The position numbers and the translations under genes are program-made. Shown piece after piece: positions 9,548 to 19,793 of a DNA stretch of 64,000 nt. Source of the DNA: an uncultured Nitrospinota bacterium (lineage in GTDB: Bacteria; Tectomicrobia; Entotheonellia; J063; CAVPRW01); assembly GCA_963707985.1 (NCBI GenBank), contig CAVPRW010000014.1, forward strand, positions 160,001 through 224,000, written 5' to 3'. Under the pieces are notes generated by a model, which had not been told where the DNA came from, made no database searches, and saw nothing but the letters and a program-made list of their open reading frames with translations. Position 1 is the stretch's first letter, and each line of letters opens with the position of its first letter.

Positions 9548-11209
9548 TTACTTATCGATCCACGCTGCAATGACGCGGTGCACCATGGTATGCCCAATTT
9601 TCGGTGCGAAGCCCTTGAGGTAGGGTTGGTGGACATGATAGGACATCCCTCCGGGGATGTATACATAGTACGCCTTATCGGCCAGGTAGCGCTGGATGTC
9701 GTCGACGATGCGCTTGCGTTTCATGGGGTCGAGCTCTCGTCGTTGCGCGATGAGCATTTCATTGAGGGCGGGATCGTTGACATGGCCACGATTGTTGGGC
9801 TGGTCCGGATAGAACACGCCATACAGAAAATCATCGACCTCCAGGAATGGGGTGATCGGCCCCATCGCGAGCTTATCGAATTTCCCCAAGTACGTGGTCG
9901 AGATGTACTCACCATACTCCTGAGGTTTGAGCTCGACGTTCATACCGACCTTGCTCAGTTCATCCACGGCCAGCTCGAAGCGTGAGGGCCAGGGGATCGT
10001 GTAGCCCGGATGATGAAACAGCGGGGTCGTAAACCCCTTAGGATAGCCGGCCTCAGCCAGAAGGCGTTTGGCTTCCTCACGATCGAACCCCAGCCAATAC
10101 TTGGCCTTGGCCGGGTCGATCTCCTTTGGATCCAGCCGCCAATCTGGCAGGGCACACGGCACCGGGCCGGTGACAAAGCACCCCTCGCCGAATTCGAGGG
10201 CTTCCATCCACGCCTGCCGATTGATCGCCAGGGAGAGCGCCCGTCGCACCCGGATATCGTTGAAGGGGGGCTGATCGGTCCGCATGTAGAACATCCCCTG
10301 GTTGAGGCTCTGATATTTGAAGAACTTTAAATCGGGGTTGGTGCGTTGTAGTGGGATCGCCTCTTCTCCAGCCAGAAGCCCCGTGGTGTGGACAAAATCC
10401 ACCTTGCCCGTGCGGAGCAGGGATACGCGCGCGGAGGCTTCGGGGGTCATTTGCCATTCAATGCCATCGACATAGGGTAGGCCCTTCATATAGAAGTCGG
10501 GATTGCGTTTGAAGAGCAATTTCACTCCACGTTCATAGCGTTCCAAGATGAAGGGGCCAGTCCCGATGGCGGCCTCCGCTTTGTTGAAGTCGCCATACTG
10601 GTCCTCCGCTTCCTTCGGCAGGATCATATTGTGCGAAGGGCTGGCCAGTTGGGCCAGCAGCGGAGCAAAGGCATGTTTGGTGATGATCTTGACGGTGTAA
10701 TCGTCCACGACCTCAACGCGGTCGACATCATCGAAGCGCGCTCGAAAACCGGATTTGGTGGCGAAGCGCTCTAGAGAGTATTTCACATCCTGAGCCTTCA
10801 ACTCGCGGCCGTTTACCGGCGGCTTATTGTGGAACTTCACCCCTTGGCGCAGGTAAAACACCACGGTCTTATCGTCCAGGTACTCCCAGCGCTCGGCCAG
10901 GTCGGGCATGATGGTGAGATCGTAGGGGCTTTTCTGCTCATGACCATAGGGGAATCGCACCAGACTGCTGTAGACGAGGCTGCCGATATTTTGCGGCATG
11001 AATGAGATGCTCAGGTGTGGATCCAGATTGGGAGGTTCGCGCTCGGCCAGACGGATGATCCCTCCATACTTCGGCTGTTCGCCTGCGGCCGCCCCTTGAG
11101 CGCGGGCGGTCGAGCCGCCAGAGATCATGGGTGGAAGGAGCCAGGCTGTGAGGGCAGCCATCACGGAGAACAAAGTGCGAATGCGGCGAGCGTAACTCGT
11201 TCGTGCCAT
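9548..11209 (-). CDS. ABC transporter substrate-binding protein, family 5
   Basis: Signal peptide, PDLAERWE, LRQGVKFHN, IGTGPF, FNDIRVRRALSLAINR; GGAGG RBS before ATG 11209. Confidence 0.92.
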   Translation of the reverse strand: MARTSYARRIRTLFSVMAALTAWLLPPMISGGSTARAQGAAAGEQPKYGGIIRLAEREPPNLDPHLSISFMPQNIGSLVYSSLVRFPYGHEQKSPYDLTIMPDLAERWEYLDDKTVVFYLRQGVKFHNKPPVNGRELKAQDVKYSLERFATKSGFRARFDDVDRVEVVDDYTVKIITKHAFAPLLAQLASPSHNMILPKEAEDQYGDFNKAEAAIGTGPFILERYERGVKLLFKRNPDFYMKGLPYVDGIEWQMTPEASARVSLLRTGKVDFVHTTGLLAGEEAIPLQRTNPDLKFFKYQSLNQGMFYMRTDQPPFNDIRVRRALSLAINRQAWMEALEFGEGCFVTGPVPCALPDWRLDPKEIDPAKAKYWLGFDREEAKRLLAEAGYPKGFTTPLFHHPGYTIPWPSRFELAVDELSKVGMNVELKPQEYGEYISTTYLGKFDKLAMGPITPFLEVDDFLYGVFYPDQPNNRGHVNDPALNEMLIAQRRELDPMKRKRIVDDIQRYLADKAYYVYIPGGMSYHVHQPYLKGFAPKIGHTMVHRVIAAWIDK

Positions 11210-11693
11210 GCATGACCTCCTGAGAGATGTTGCGGTCGGAGTGACCCGGCAGGTCGCCCCTCCTTCTCCAACCATGCCGCGATCAGCTGGTGCAGTAGAC
11301 TCAATGAGCGCTTCAGTGGCGCTTCCCACCGGGGCATCGACATGGCTGCGGGTGTTCAGCTGGCCCTGTTAGAAGATACCGTCAAGCCAATCACCTACAT
11401 CCAAGCATGGACTGATGCCCCCATGCCCAGCTTCGATGCTCGGACGATCAGCAGAAATTTCACCATTCAGCGGGTGAGGAGTTGAGGCCTCAGCCAGTAT
11501 TGTGGAAAGGTCACGTTGGCGCTGTAGAGGATGGTGTGCATGAGGTGCTCCTCAGTGTAGGACACAAGACGCCTATGCTGTACGGCTCACGGCCGCGATG
11601 TCCGATCAGACACTCATGCGGAGCGGAACTCTCTGAGGGAGTATGAGTTGTCAACACCGTCACACAAGACGAGCAGGACGCAACGGAGGCACC

Positions 11694-11745
11694 ATCCTAG
11701 CGAGGCTGTTAGCGCTTGTCAATAAAATTTGTCAATAAAATTTGT
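11694..11745 (-). promoter_or_regulatory. Sigma70-type promoter for the ABC operon, with a tandem 13-bp repeat
   Basis: Minus strand TTGACA (11722-11717), 17-nt spacer, TAGGAT (11699-11694). TTGTCAATAAAAT occurs twice in tandem (11716-11741). Confidence 0.55.
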
Positions 11746-11753
11746 GGGTTGGA

Positions 11754-11910
11754 CAGATCTTCCAACATTCGCGAATGTCTTGATCTGGGCCACAGCTTTT
11801 TCTATAGCGAGAAGGGATTGGATGGAGGGAGGTCGGGTATGGGACACACACACGACGAGATCACCCAGAACTTAGCGGAGCGGTGGTGTTGGCAGGTCGC
11901 CCGGCGCGAT
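11754..11910 (+). mobile_element. Possible truncated IS left end with a transposase N-terminal stub
   Basis: Palindrome ACATTCGCGAATGT (11765-11778) flanked by CAGATC/GATCTG, then a strong RBS and MGHTHDEITQNLAERWCWQVARRD. The peptide resembles a transposase N-terminus from memory; unverified. Confidence 0.3.
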
Positions 11911-12204
11911 TTGCCCAGAGGACTCCTCGGTCACCGGGATTCAACGGTGTCTCGCTGGCGGAATTTGTCAAACAGTTTCGTCCACGAGCCATTTAGGGTA
12001 TGATCTCCTTCCGTGACACAGGGTCCCTGCGAGGGACCAACCGCATCGTAGGCTTCACGAGGGGCTATAGCATGAGAGCCGTTTCTTCCCCTAGGCCGCC
12101 GCTGCTGGATGGTCATTCCAGCGTGTTAGGTCGCGCGAGAGCTGGGAGGGGGCTCCGTCATGTCGCAGTTGTATACGACTCAACATCTGTGAGAGGAGGG
12201 TATC

Positions 12205-13839
12205 ATGGCAGAAGTCTCTGGCTATGAACTTGTGGCGCGCGCTCTGAAGAATGAAGGCGCGGATACCATGTTTTTCATTATGGGCGGTCCGATGCTCGGC
12301 GCGCAGGATGCGTGCCGGAAGCTCGGGATCCGTATGATCGATGTGCGGCACGAGCAGGCGGCCGCCATGATGGCCAATGCCTATGCACGGCTGACGGGCA
12401 AGGCCGGGGTGTGCTCGGCCGCCTCCGGGCCGGCCACGATGAACCTGGTTAGCGGCGTGGCGCATGCCTATGCGGACTCGGCGCCGATCATCGCGCTGGG
12501 CGGGGCGAGTCCGATCAGTCAATTCCACTCCGAAGTCTTTCAGGAAATCGATCAATTAAGTATCATGCGTCCTGCCACTAAATGGGCCGCGCAGGCGGTG
12601 TCGGCTCGACGTATTCCGGAGTATATCAACATGGCCTATCGCCAGGCCTTGACCGGTCGCCTCGGACCGGCCTTTCTCGACCTGCCCGGCGATGTCTTGT
12701 ACGCCAGGGTGGATGAAGAGACGGTGGTCTGGCCGCAACCCGCCAAGACGGCGCACCGGATCCCTGGAGATCCCGGCTTGGTCCAAGAGGCGGTCGATCT
12801 CCTGTCACGGGCCGATCGCCCGCTGCTAGTTACGGGGAGCGGTATCCTGTGGTCGAATGCCAGTGAAGCGCTCCAGCAATTTGTCGAGGCCACGGGTATT
12901 CCATTCATGACCACCCCGCAAGGCCGTGGGGTGATTCCTGACGATCATCCCCGGTCGTTCCTCGCGGCTCGCAATATGGCCTTCCAGCAGAGCGATGTCG
13001 TGCTCTTCCTGGGCACGCGGTTCAATTATGTGATCTCCCATGGCCAGCCGCCGCGCTTTAATCCAGATGCCAAAGTCCTCCAGGTGAACGCCGATCCGGC
13101 GGAAATTGGCAAAGGACGCCCAGTGGACGTGGGGATTGTGGGCGATGCGAAAACGGTGCTCCGGCAAATGCTCGACTTGGTCCAGGGCAAGTTCGACCCG
13201 CGTAAAGAGACGCCGTGGATTTCGGCCTTGCGCGAGCAAGACCTGAAAGGTCAGGCGCGCCTGGAACCCTTCTTGAATTCTGACGAGGTGCCGATTCACC
13301 CATTGCGTTTGTGTAAAGAGATTGGAGACTTCCTGGATCGTGATGCGATTCTCGTGGTCGATGGCCAGGAAATCCTGAATTACGGCCGACAGTCGATTTC
13401 CACCTATGTCCCAGGGCATCGCCTGAATTCCGGGGTGTTCGGGACCATGGGGGTGGGGGTACCGTTCGGTCTGGGGGCCAAGGCCGCGAAACCAGATAAG
13501 CAAGTGCTGGTTCTGCACGGTGATGGGTCCTTTGGCATGAACGCCATGGAGATGGATACGGCCGTTCGCCATCACCTGCCAGTGGTCACCGTCATCAGTC
13601 TCAATGGCGGCTGGACGGCTGACCCCGAAGGCGGCAAGATCGGCCGGGACCTCGGCTACACGCGTTATGAGAAGATGATGGACGCGTTCGGTGGGCATGG
13701 CGAATATGTCGAAACGCCGGGGGCTATTCGTCCCGCCCTGGAGCGGGCGTTTGCTTCAGGGAAGCCGGCCATTGTGAACGTCAAGACGGATTACCGGGCG
13801 CGCGCCACCACCATGCGCTTCACCAACTACATGACCTAA
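12205..13839 (+). CDS. Thiamine diphosphate-dependent enzyme (acetolactate synthase / 2-hydroxyacyl-CoA lyase / oxalyl-CoA decarboxylase-like)
   Basis: RHEQAAAMMA, FQEIDQ, GTMGVG and ThDP motif GDGSFG...NGGW; GGAGG RBS. Confidence 0.9.
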   Translation: MAEVSGYELVARALKNEGADTMFFIMGGPMLGAQDACRKLGIRMIDVRHEQAAAMMANAYARLTGKAGVCSAASGPATMNLVSGVAHAYADSAPIIALGGASPISQFHSEVFQEIDQLSIMRPATKWAAQAVSARRIPEYINMAYRQALTGRLGPAFLDLPGDVLYARVDEETVVWPQPAKTAHRIPGDPGLVQEAVDLLSRADRPLLVTGSGILWSNASEALQQFVEATGIPFMTTPQGRGVIPDDHPRSFLAARNMAFQQSDVVLFLGTRFNYVISHGQPPRFNPDAKVLQVNADPAEIGKGRPVDVGIVGDAKTVLRQMLDLVQGKFDPRKETPWISALREQDLKGQARLEPFLNSDEVPIHPLRLCKEIGDFLDRDAILVVDGQEILNYGRQSISTYVPGHRLNSGVFGTMGVGVPFGLGAKAAKPDKQVLVLHGDGSFGMNAMEMDTAVRHHLPVVTVISLNGGWTADPEGGKIGRDLGYTRYEKMMDAFGGHGEYVETPGAIRPALERAFASGKPAIVNVKTDYRARATTMRFTNYMT

Positions 13840-14433
13840 GACGGCGCTTGCGAACCTCGTTCGGGCGCCAATGTAGGGGTCTGGACACCATGGAATGGCG
13901 GATACCTGGTGTCCAGCTTCTGTGCTCAACATGGGCATGGATAAGAGAATCCACGCGACGGGAGATGAAAAGAGCTATACGGCCATGACGGCAAGTTGTG
14001 TCTGAGGCTAGAAGGTTGGCCCCAGAGCTACGTGATGGCCGTTCCAGTCAACGAGCCCGTTTGGCAGGGCTTTCAACAGCTGTGGGTCCAGGTTCTCATC
14101 GCGCCGCTCGCGGCCGACGCCTGCTAGCGCCCGAGCGCCAGGGAGGGTGCCAAGAGGTCACGGCGGTGAGAAACGGCACAGGATCCGCTTGCATGGGGCG
14201 GCGCATCAGGCTGGGCTAGTCACGGTTCCCGGTGCAGACCTCCAAGCGGCCTTTAAGAAGGCCGACATGTTGATGAAAAGATCCCCAGCGGCTTGGGCAA
14301 AACTCATCCTGGAATGGAAGAAGATCCTGTAAAGGCCCTGGCGATATGTCAGGTACGTATTACTCTCAGGTTGCACTCAAGTGTTGCCCTTGCGAGCGGA
14401 TCAAGGAGCCGTCATAGGCTTGGAGGAGGGACG

Positions 14434-14670
14434 ATGTCGATTAAAGAGCAGGTCGCCCACGAGCTCGATAATTTAAGCGACGTTGAACTCGAACAGCTTG
14501 CCGAATACGTAGCGTTCTTAAAATTTCGGGCACGAGTTGGCCGGATGCCGGCGCTTGAAGAAGCACAATTAGCGGCTCTCTACAGTGAATTTTCTGACGA
14601 AGACCGCAAGCTCGCCGAGGAAGGATTGTCAGATTACGCGGAGGGATTGGCGAAAGAAGATATCTCATGA
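14434..14670 (+). CDS. Putative antitoxin (small, acidic C-terminus)
   Basis: GGAGGAGG RBS; 78 aa; ATGA overlap with the downstream MazF-like gene. Confidence 0.65.
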   Translation: MSIKEQVAHELDNLSDVELEQLAEYVAFLKFRARVGRMPALEEAQLAALYSEFSDEDRKLAEEGLSDYAEGLAKEDIS

Positions 14671-15015
14671 CCATGAGATGAGGTGAAATCTGCTTGGCGG
14701 ACCTCAGTCCGACACGTGGTTCGGAACAAGCTGGCGTCCGCACTGTCCTTATATTTCAGAATGATTTGGTGAGCAATTTCAGCACGACTGCCCTAACCAT
14801 AACCATTGACAACGAATTTGCGCAGCGCTTCTCTGCCGACATGTGTGCGAATATCCAAGGGCGAAGGCGGTCTTGCTAACGACTCCGTCGCGCTTTGCCA
14901 CCAGTTGCGGGTGCTGGATAATACGCGGTTGCAGCGAAAGCTTGGCACAGTGACTCAGCCAACCCTGTCGCTAATCGAGAGTGTTGTATTGTTCACGTTA
15001 GGCATCCTCCCATAA
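14667..15015 (+). pseudogene. PemK/MazF-family toxin, disrupted
   Basis: [32 protein letters not shown]...PLTT...DSVALCHQLRVLD. There is a TGA at codon 5 and a frameshift near 14802. Confidence 0.8.
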
Positions 15016-15048
15016 GCCAAGCGCCTCAAACGGAATCCCGTGGTCCAT

Positions 15049-15077
15049 TTGCGTCCTACCGGTAGTGTCTTTATGAT
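15049..15077 (+). promoter_or_regulatory. Sigma70-type promoter
   Basis: TTGCGT, 17-nt spacer, TATGAT, upstream of the acyl-CoA dehydrogenase gene. Confidence 0.45.
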
Positions 15078-15170
15078 ACTAGAGTTTATAGCCTATGATC
15101 CATGATCGAGAGCACTCAACCCCATTTCGGAACGGCAAAAGTCTATAGAGATTGCCCAAGGAGCGGACTA

Positions 15171-16316
15171 ATGGTTGATTTTGCTCTGACTGAGGAGCAA
15201 GAGGAGCTACGGCGCGTGGCGCGGGAGTTCGCCCAGAACGAGATCGCGCCCGTGGCGATGGCGTTCGATAAGACCGGTGAGTTTCCTTGGGAAATCTATC
15301 GCAAGGCCTACGACATCGGCCTGATGAATGTCAGTGTGCCCACAGACTATGACGGTGGCGGACTGAGCGCCATCGAGTGCTGCCTCATCATCGAGGAACT
15401 GGGGGCCGCTTGTGCCGGTATTACCACTTCCATCATGGTCAATGACCTCGCCCTGATGCCGATTCTGGTCGGCGGTTCCGAGGAGCAGCAACGCACCTTC
15501 GTCACCCCGTTCTGCTCCCGCTTCAACATGGGTGCCTTCTGTCTGACCGAGCCGGGGGCGGGTTCTGACGTGGCATCGATGTCCACCACGGCCAAGCGCG
15601 ACGGCGACGCTTATGTTCTCAATGGCACTAAAACGTTCATCACCAATGGTAGCGTTGCCAGCCTCTATACCGTTTTCGCGACCCGTGACAAAAGCCTGCG
15701 CCATCAAGGCATCGCTGGATTCATTGTACCAGCCGACACACCTGGTATCTCGCGTGGCAAGAAATTCGATAAGATGGGCCAGCGTGCCTCCGATACTGCC
15801 GAGGTCATCTTTGAGGATGTCCGCGTGCCCCGCGCCAATCTATTGGGGCGAGAGGATGAAGGGTTCAGAATCGCCATGGTCACGCTAGACCGCACCCGAC
15901 CGATGATCGCCGCGATGTCCGTCGGGCTGGCTCGCGCCGCCATGGACGCGGCGGTTCAATATGCCAAGGAGCGCATCACGTTTGGTATGCCGATTGGCCA
16001 TCACCAGGCGGTGCAGCTGCTCATCGCCGACATGGCGAAGGACATCGAAGCCGCGCGCCTGCTGACCTGGCAGTGCGCCTGGCTCATCGACCAGGGGCAT
16101 CGAGCCACAAAGGAGTCATCCTTGGCGAAATGCTTTGCCACTGATATTGCTATGCGTGTGACCACTGATGCGGTGCAGGTCTTTGGCGGTTATGGGTATA
16201 TGAAGGACCTACCTCTCGAAAAATATATGCGTGATGCCAAGCTCATGCAAATCTATGAGGGCACCAATCAAATCCAACGCCTCGTCATCGCCCGTCATCT
16301 GCTGGGGATCGCCTAG
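15171..16316 (+). CDS. Acyl-CoA dehydrogenase
   Basis: FCLTEPGAGSDVAS, LNGTKTFITNG, KMGQRASDT, QVFGGYGY, QIYEGTNQIQR. Confidence 0.95.
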   Translation: MVDFALTEEQEELRRVAREFAQNEIAPVAMAFDKTGEFPWEIYRKAYDIGLMNVSVPTDYDGGGLSAIECCLIIEELGAACAGITTSIMVNDLALMPILVGGSEEQQRTFVTPFCSRFNMGAFCLTEPGAGSDVASMSTTAKRDGDAYVLNGTKTFITNGSVASLYTVFATRDKSLRHQGIAGFIVPADTPGISRGKKFDKMGQRASDTAEVIFEDVRVPRANLLGREDEGFRIAMVTLDRTRPMIAAMSVGLARAAMDAAVQYAKERITFGMPIGHHQAVQLLIADMAKDIEAARLLTWQCAWLIDQGHRATKESSLAKCFATDIAMRVTTDAVQVFGGYGYMKDLPLEKYMRDAKLMQIYEGTNQIQRLVIARHLLGIA

Positions 16317-16431
16317 TTCATTCCCTGGGGTGATGTTCTCTCCTCCCGGCTCATTGGTGTTTGCCCTATATGGATGCTTGTGGCGCTGAGACTTTGCAGG
16401 TTTTCTTCCCCAGCTCATCGAGGAGGTTGAG

Positions 16432-18807
16432 GTGGCACAACGTAGCCCGAGCCGCCGACGTGTCCGCTCCCAGAAGTTAAGCCACCGTTGGTGGCATCGG
16501 GGCGTGTGGCGCATCCCACTGCTGCTTCTCCCGGCGGTGCTTTGTGCCATGGTGGGAGCAGCATATGTGTATGTGCAGTTCTCCCAAATGATCATCCTGG
16601 GGTTTGAGGGGAAGCGCTGGAGTCTGTCCTCGAAGGTGTATGCTGAGCCAGAGTCGTTATACCCTGGGCTACCGCTTCGCCTCGACGACCTGCAAGCTAG
16701 CCTCGAACGTCTAGGCTATCGGTCAGTGCAGGTGCTGACGAATCAGGGGCAATATCGCATGCATGCCGGCCAAGTCGATATCGCCTTGCGCGAGTTTCGT
16801 TATCCCTATCGCCGCGAGCCTGCCCGCAATCTCCGCGTGATGTTTCGGCGTAACACTGTGAGAGAGATCCGTGATCTGCGAGGTGACCAGGCGATCAGCG
16901 TCGTCGATTTGGAGCCACAACTGGTCAGTGAGTTTTTTACGCCAGAGCGCGAGAAACGGCAGCTCGTCAAGATCGGCGACATTCCACTACACCTGATTCA
17001 TGCGGTTGTCGCCATCGAAGATCGCCGCTTTTATGCCCATCGAGGCGTCGATTGGCATGGTGTTCTGCGCGCGCTCTACCGCAATGTTCGGACTGCAGGT
17101 GTCACTGAAGGCGGTAGTACGTTGACGCAGCAACTTGTCAAGAATTTCTTTCTGACCCCAAAGCGTACGATCTGGCGCAAGGGCGCTGAAATGATCATGG
17201 CCGTGATGGTCGAGGCGCGGTATTCGAAAGCGGCCATCCTGGAGCTCTATCTCAACGAGATCTATCTCGGCCAGCGGGGCTCGATCAGCATTAACGGGGT
17301 TGGGGAAGCGGCGCGTTTGTACTTCCGCAAAGACGTGCGAGAGCTGGCGATCGCGGAGGCAGCGCTGATGGCCGGTCTGATCCGCGCCCCACAGCTCTAC
17401 TCGCCCTATAAGCATGCGGAACGAGCGGTAGAGCGACGCAATCGCGTCCTCACCGCCATGCTCGATGCCGGGTATCTGTTGCCAGAGGCCTACCAGCGCG
17501 CGATGGGCATGCCACTCCGCGTCGAGACCGTGACGCTCGAAGTCAACCGCGCCCCCTATTTCGTGGACCTGTTGCGTGAGCAACTGCTGCAGCGCTACTC
17601 TGTCGAAGAGTTAACAAGTAATAATCTCACCATCTTTACCTCCTTGGACCTGCGGTTACAGGAAGCTGCACAGCGCGTCCTCGAGGCGGGATTGGCACGC
17701 ATCGATAGCCGTCTGGCAAAAACAGCCGAAGGACGCGAAGCCCAGGGGGCACTGATTGTGCTTCAACCCCAAACCGGCTTTATTCGTGCCCTCGTTGGGG
17801 GACGTGATTATGCTACCAGCCAGTTCAATCGGGTTACCCAGGCGCGTCGTCAGGTGGGCTCGGTGTTCAAACCAATTGTGTATGCGGCGGCATTGGAGAG
17901 CGCTTTCCGACGCGGCGAAGCAGTCGTCACCGCCCTCACCCATGTGGAGGATGTGCCAACGACGTTTACCCATAATGGTCAACGCTGGTCTCCCAAGAAT
18001 TACGACGGCCGCTACCTGGGCTGGGTCGGCCCGCGCACGGCTCTGGAGCAGTCCTTGAACGTGGCGACCGTCAAGTTTGCTGAGCGCGTTGGTTATGAAA
18101 CGGTGGTCCGCTACGCCCGGCGTATGGGCCTGCAAGGGAAACTGGAGCCCCTGCCGTCGCTGGCCCTGGGTGCCTTTGAGGCCAGCCCCTGGGATGTGGC
18201 ACAGGTCTACGCCGTGCTGGCAAACCATGGCCTGCGCGCCTCGCCCTTCTCCACTAAAGAAGTGATGACGGCTGATAACCGCGTCCTGGAAAAGCAGCAT
18301 ATTGGTATCGAGGCGGCGTTGCAGCCAGCCACGGCATTTCTCGTCACCGATTTTCTCGAAGGGGTGTTCGAGCACGGTACGGCTCGAGGTGCGCGCCGAG
18401 CAGGCTTTCATTGGACGGCAGCCGGGAAAACCGGCACGACGGATGAGGGGCGGGACGCCTGGTTCGCTGGCTATACTCCGGATTTGCTGGTCGTCGTGTG
18501 GGTAGGCTATGATGATAACCATCCGCTGGGATTAACTGGGGCGCAGGCGGCGTTGCCGATCTGGGTCGATTTTATGAAGCAAGCCCTGGAGGGACGGCCG
18601 TCACAGGTGTTCCATCCCCCTCCAGGATTGGTGCAAGCGACGGTGGATCCGCGGACTGGCGAGGTGGCCCACACCGGCTGCCCGACGCGCGTCACTGAGA
18701 TGTTTATCGCCGGCACTGAGCCCAAGACGTTTTGCGCGCTGCACAGCACGGCCGCAGCAGAGGAGCCGACATCTTCCCGACCGAGCCCTGTTCTCCCACG
18801 TGAGTAG
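16432..18807 (+). CDS. mrcB: Class A penicillin-binding protein, PBP1B-like (TM, UB2H-like, GT51, transpeptidase)
   Basis: EDRRFYAHRGVD, GGSTLTQQLVKN, RKxxE, SVFK, SLN, KTGT; a UB2H-type insert follows the TM helix. Confidence 0.85.
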   Translation: MAQRSPSRRRVRSQKLSHRWWHRGVWRIPLLLLPAVLCAMVGAAYVYVQFSQMIILGFEGKRWSLSSKVYAEPESLYPGLPLRLDDLQASLERLGYRSVQVLTNQGQYRMHAGQVDIALREFRYPYRREPARNLRVMFRRNTVREIRDLRGDQAISVVDLEPQLVSEFFTPEREKRQLVKIGDIPLHLIHAVVAIEDRRFYAHRGVDWHGVLRALYRNVRTAGVTEGGSTLTQQLVKNFFLTPKRTIWRKGAEMIMAVMVEARYSKAAILELYLNEIYLGQRGSISINGVGEAARLYFRKDVRELAIAEAALMAGLIRAPQLYSPYKHAERAVERRNRVLTAMLDAGYLLPEAYQRAMGMPLRVETVTLEVNRAPYFVDLLREQLLQRYSVEELTSNNLTIFTSLDLRLQEAAQRVLEAGLARIDSRLAKTAEGREAQGALIVLQPQTGFIRALVGGRDYATSQFNRVTQARRQVGSVFKPIVYAAALESAFRRGEAVVTALTHVEDVPTTFTHNGQRWSPKNYDGRYLGWVGPRTALEQSLNVATVKFAERVGYETVVRYARRMGLQGKLEPLPSLALGAFEASPWDVAQVYAVLANHGLRASPFSTKEVMTADNRVLEKQHIGIEAALQPATAFLVTDFLEGVFEHGTARGARRAGFHWTAAGKTGTTDEGRDAWFAGYTPDLLVVVWVGYDDNHPLGLTGAQAALPIWVDFMKQALEGRPSQVFHPPPGLVQATVDPRTGEVAHTGCPTRVTEMFIAGTEPKTFCALHSTAAAEEPTSSRPSPVLPRE

Positions 18808-18866
18808 ATGGTTCGAGGAGCCACGCGTCTGGAGGGGACGTCGTCATAGTTGTCGGAAAGGGAAAC

Positions 18867-19475
18867 ATGACTCATCGTAACTGGTGTGAAGCATTTGCCC
18901 GCGGTGTGCTGTTCATTCTTCCGCTCCTGCTGAGTTGGGGGTGTGCCACACCGCCAGTCCAACAGCCACCGGCGGCGACGGCACCACCAGCGCGGCCAAG
19001 GGCGAGTGAGCCGTCGGGAGGACCGCCAGCAGCATCTGCTCCACAGGCTTCTCCTTCTCCTAAGGCGCCAGCTGCGATGCGTCCCCGTGAACAGCCCCCA
19101 TCTGCGACCATGGTCGCTTCAGCACAATGGGTAGAGGAAGCCAGTCGCGCCATCGACGGGGGAGATTATGATCGGGCTACATCGTTGCTCGAGCGCGCAG
19201 TGAGTGTGGAACCGAATAACGGGCGGGCCTATTACTATTACGGGCTGGCGATGGGGGAGCGGGGCAGACCAGGCGCGGCGCTTTCACTGTTCCAAAAAGC
19301 GGAGATCTTATTGCAGGGTGACGCGCATGCCCTTGGGGAGACATATGTGCAGATGGGCATGAACCTGGAACGCCTGGGACGGCGACCGGAGGCAGTCCGT
19401 CGCTACGAGCAGGCATTAGCGCAAGATCCCTCCAATACCCTGGCCCGCCGGCGCCTAGAGGCACTGCGTGGGTAA
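18867..19475 (+). CDS. TPR-repeat lipoprotein (LpoP-like)
   Basis: Lipobox-like LSWGC, a Pro/Ala-rich linker, then TPR helices (ATSLLERAVSVEPNNGRAYYYYG); lies directly after the PBP1B gene. Confidence 0.75.
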   Translation: MTHRNWCEAFARGVLFILPLLLSWGCATPPVQQPPAATAPPARPRASEPSGGPPAASAPQASPSPKAPAAMRPREQPPSATMVASAQWVEEASRAIDGGDYDRATSLLERAVSVEPNNGRAYYYYGLAMGERGRPGAALSLFQKAEILLQGDAHALGETYVQMGMNLERLGRRPEAVRRYEQALAQDPSNTLARRRLEALRG

Positions 19476-19793
19476 CGGTGTCATGGCCATGTCAAACCCT
19501 CGGGTGCGGAGTAACGAACTGTACAGCCGCTTGCCATTCTGATCCGCCACAGCGACCCGGTTTCCTCTCGTGCACTGGTGAAGCCACGTCGTTTTACTGG
19601 CCAATCCGCCGTCACCACGCGTCCGCATTATGGTTGCCACGACGCCGGCGGACGAAGGGACGCTGCAGGGTGTCGGCTGCAACGCTGTGATGGGCGCAGT
19701 CTAGGCGTCAAGTGTGGGGAGAATTCAGCGTGGAGTGGCCGGAGGACGGTATTGAATTGTTGGGTAGCGGTCGGGTGCTAGGATAAATGAGCC

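Noticed and set aside
13998..14332. Short ORFs between the ThDP enzyme and the TA pair
   Set aside because: No RBS or recognisable domain; at most a gene tail fragment.
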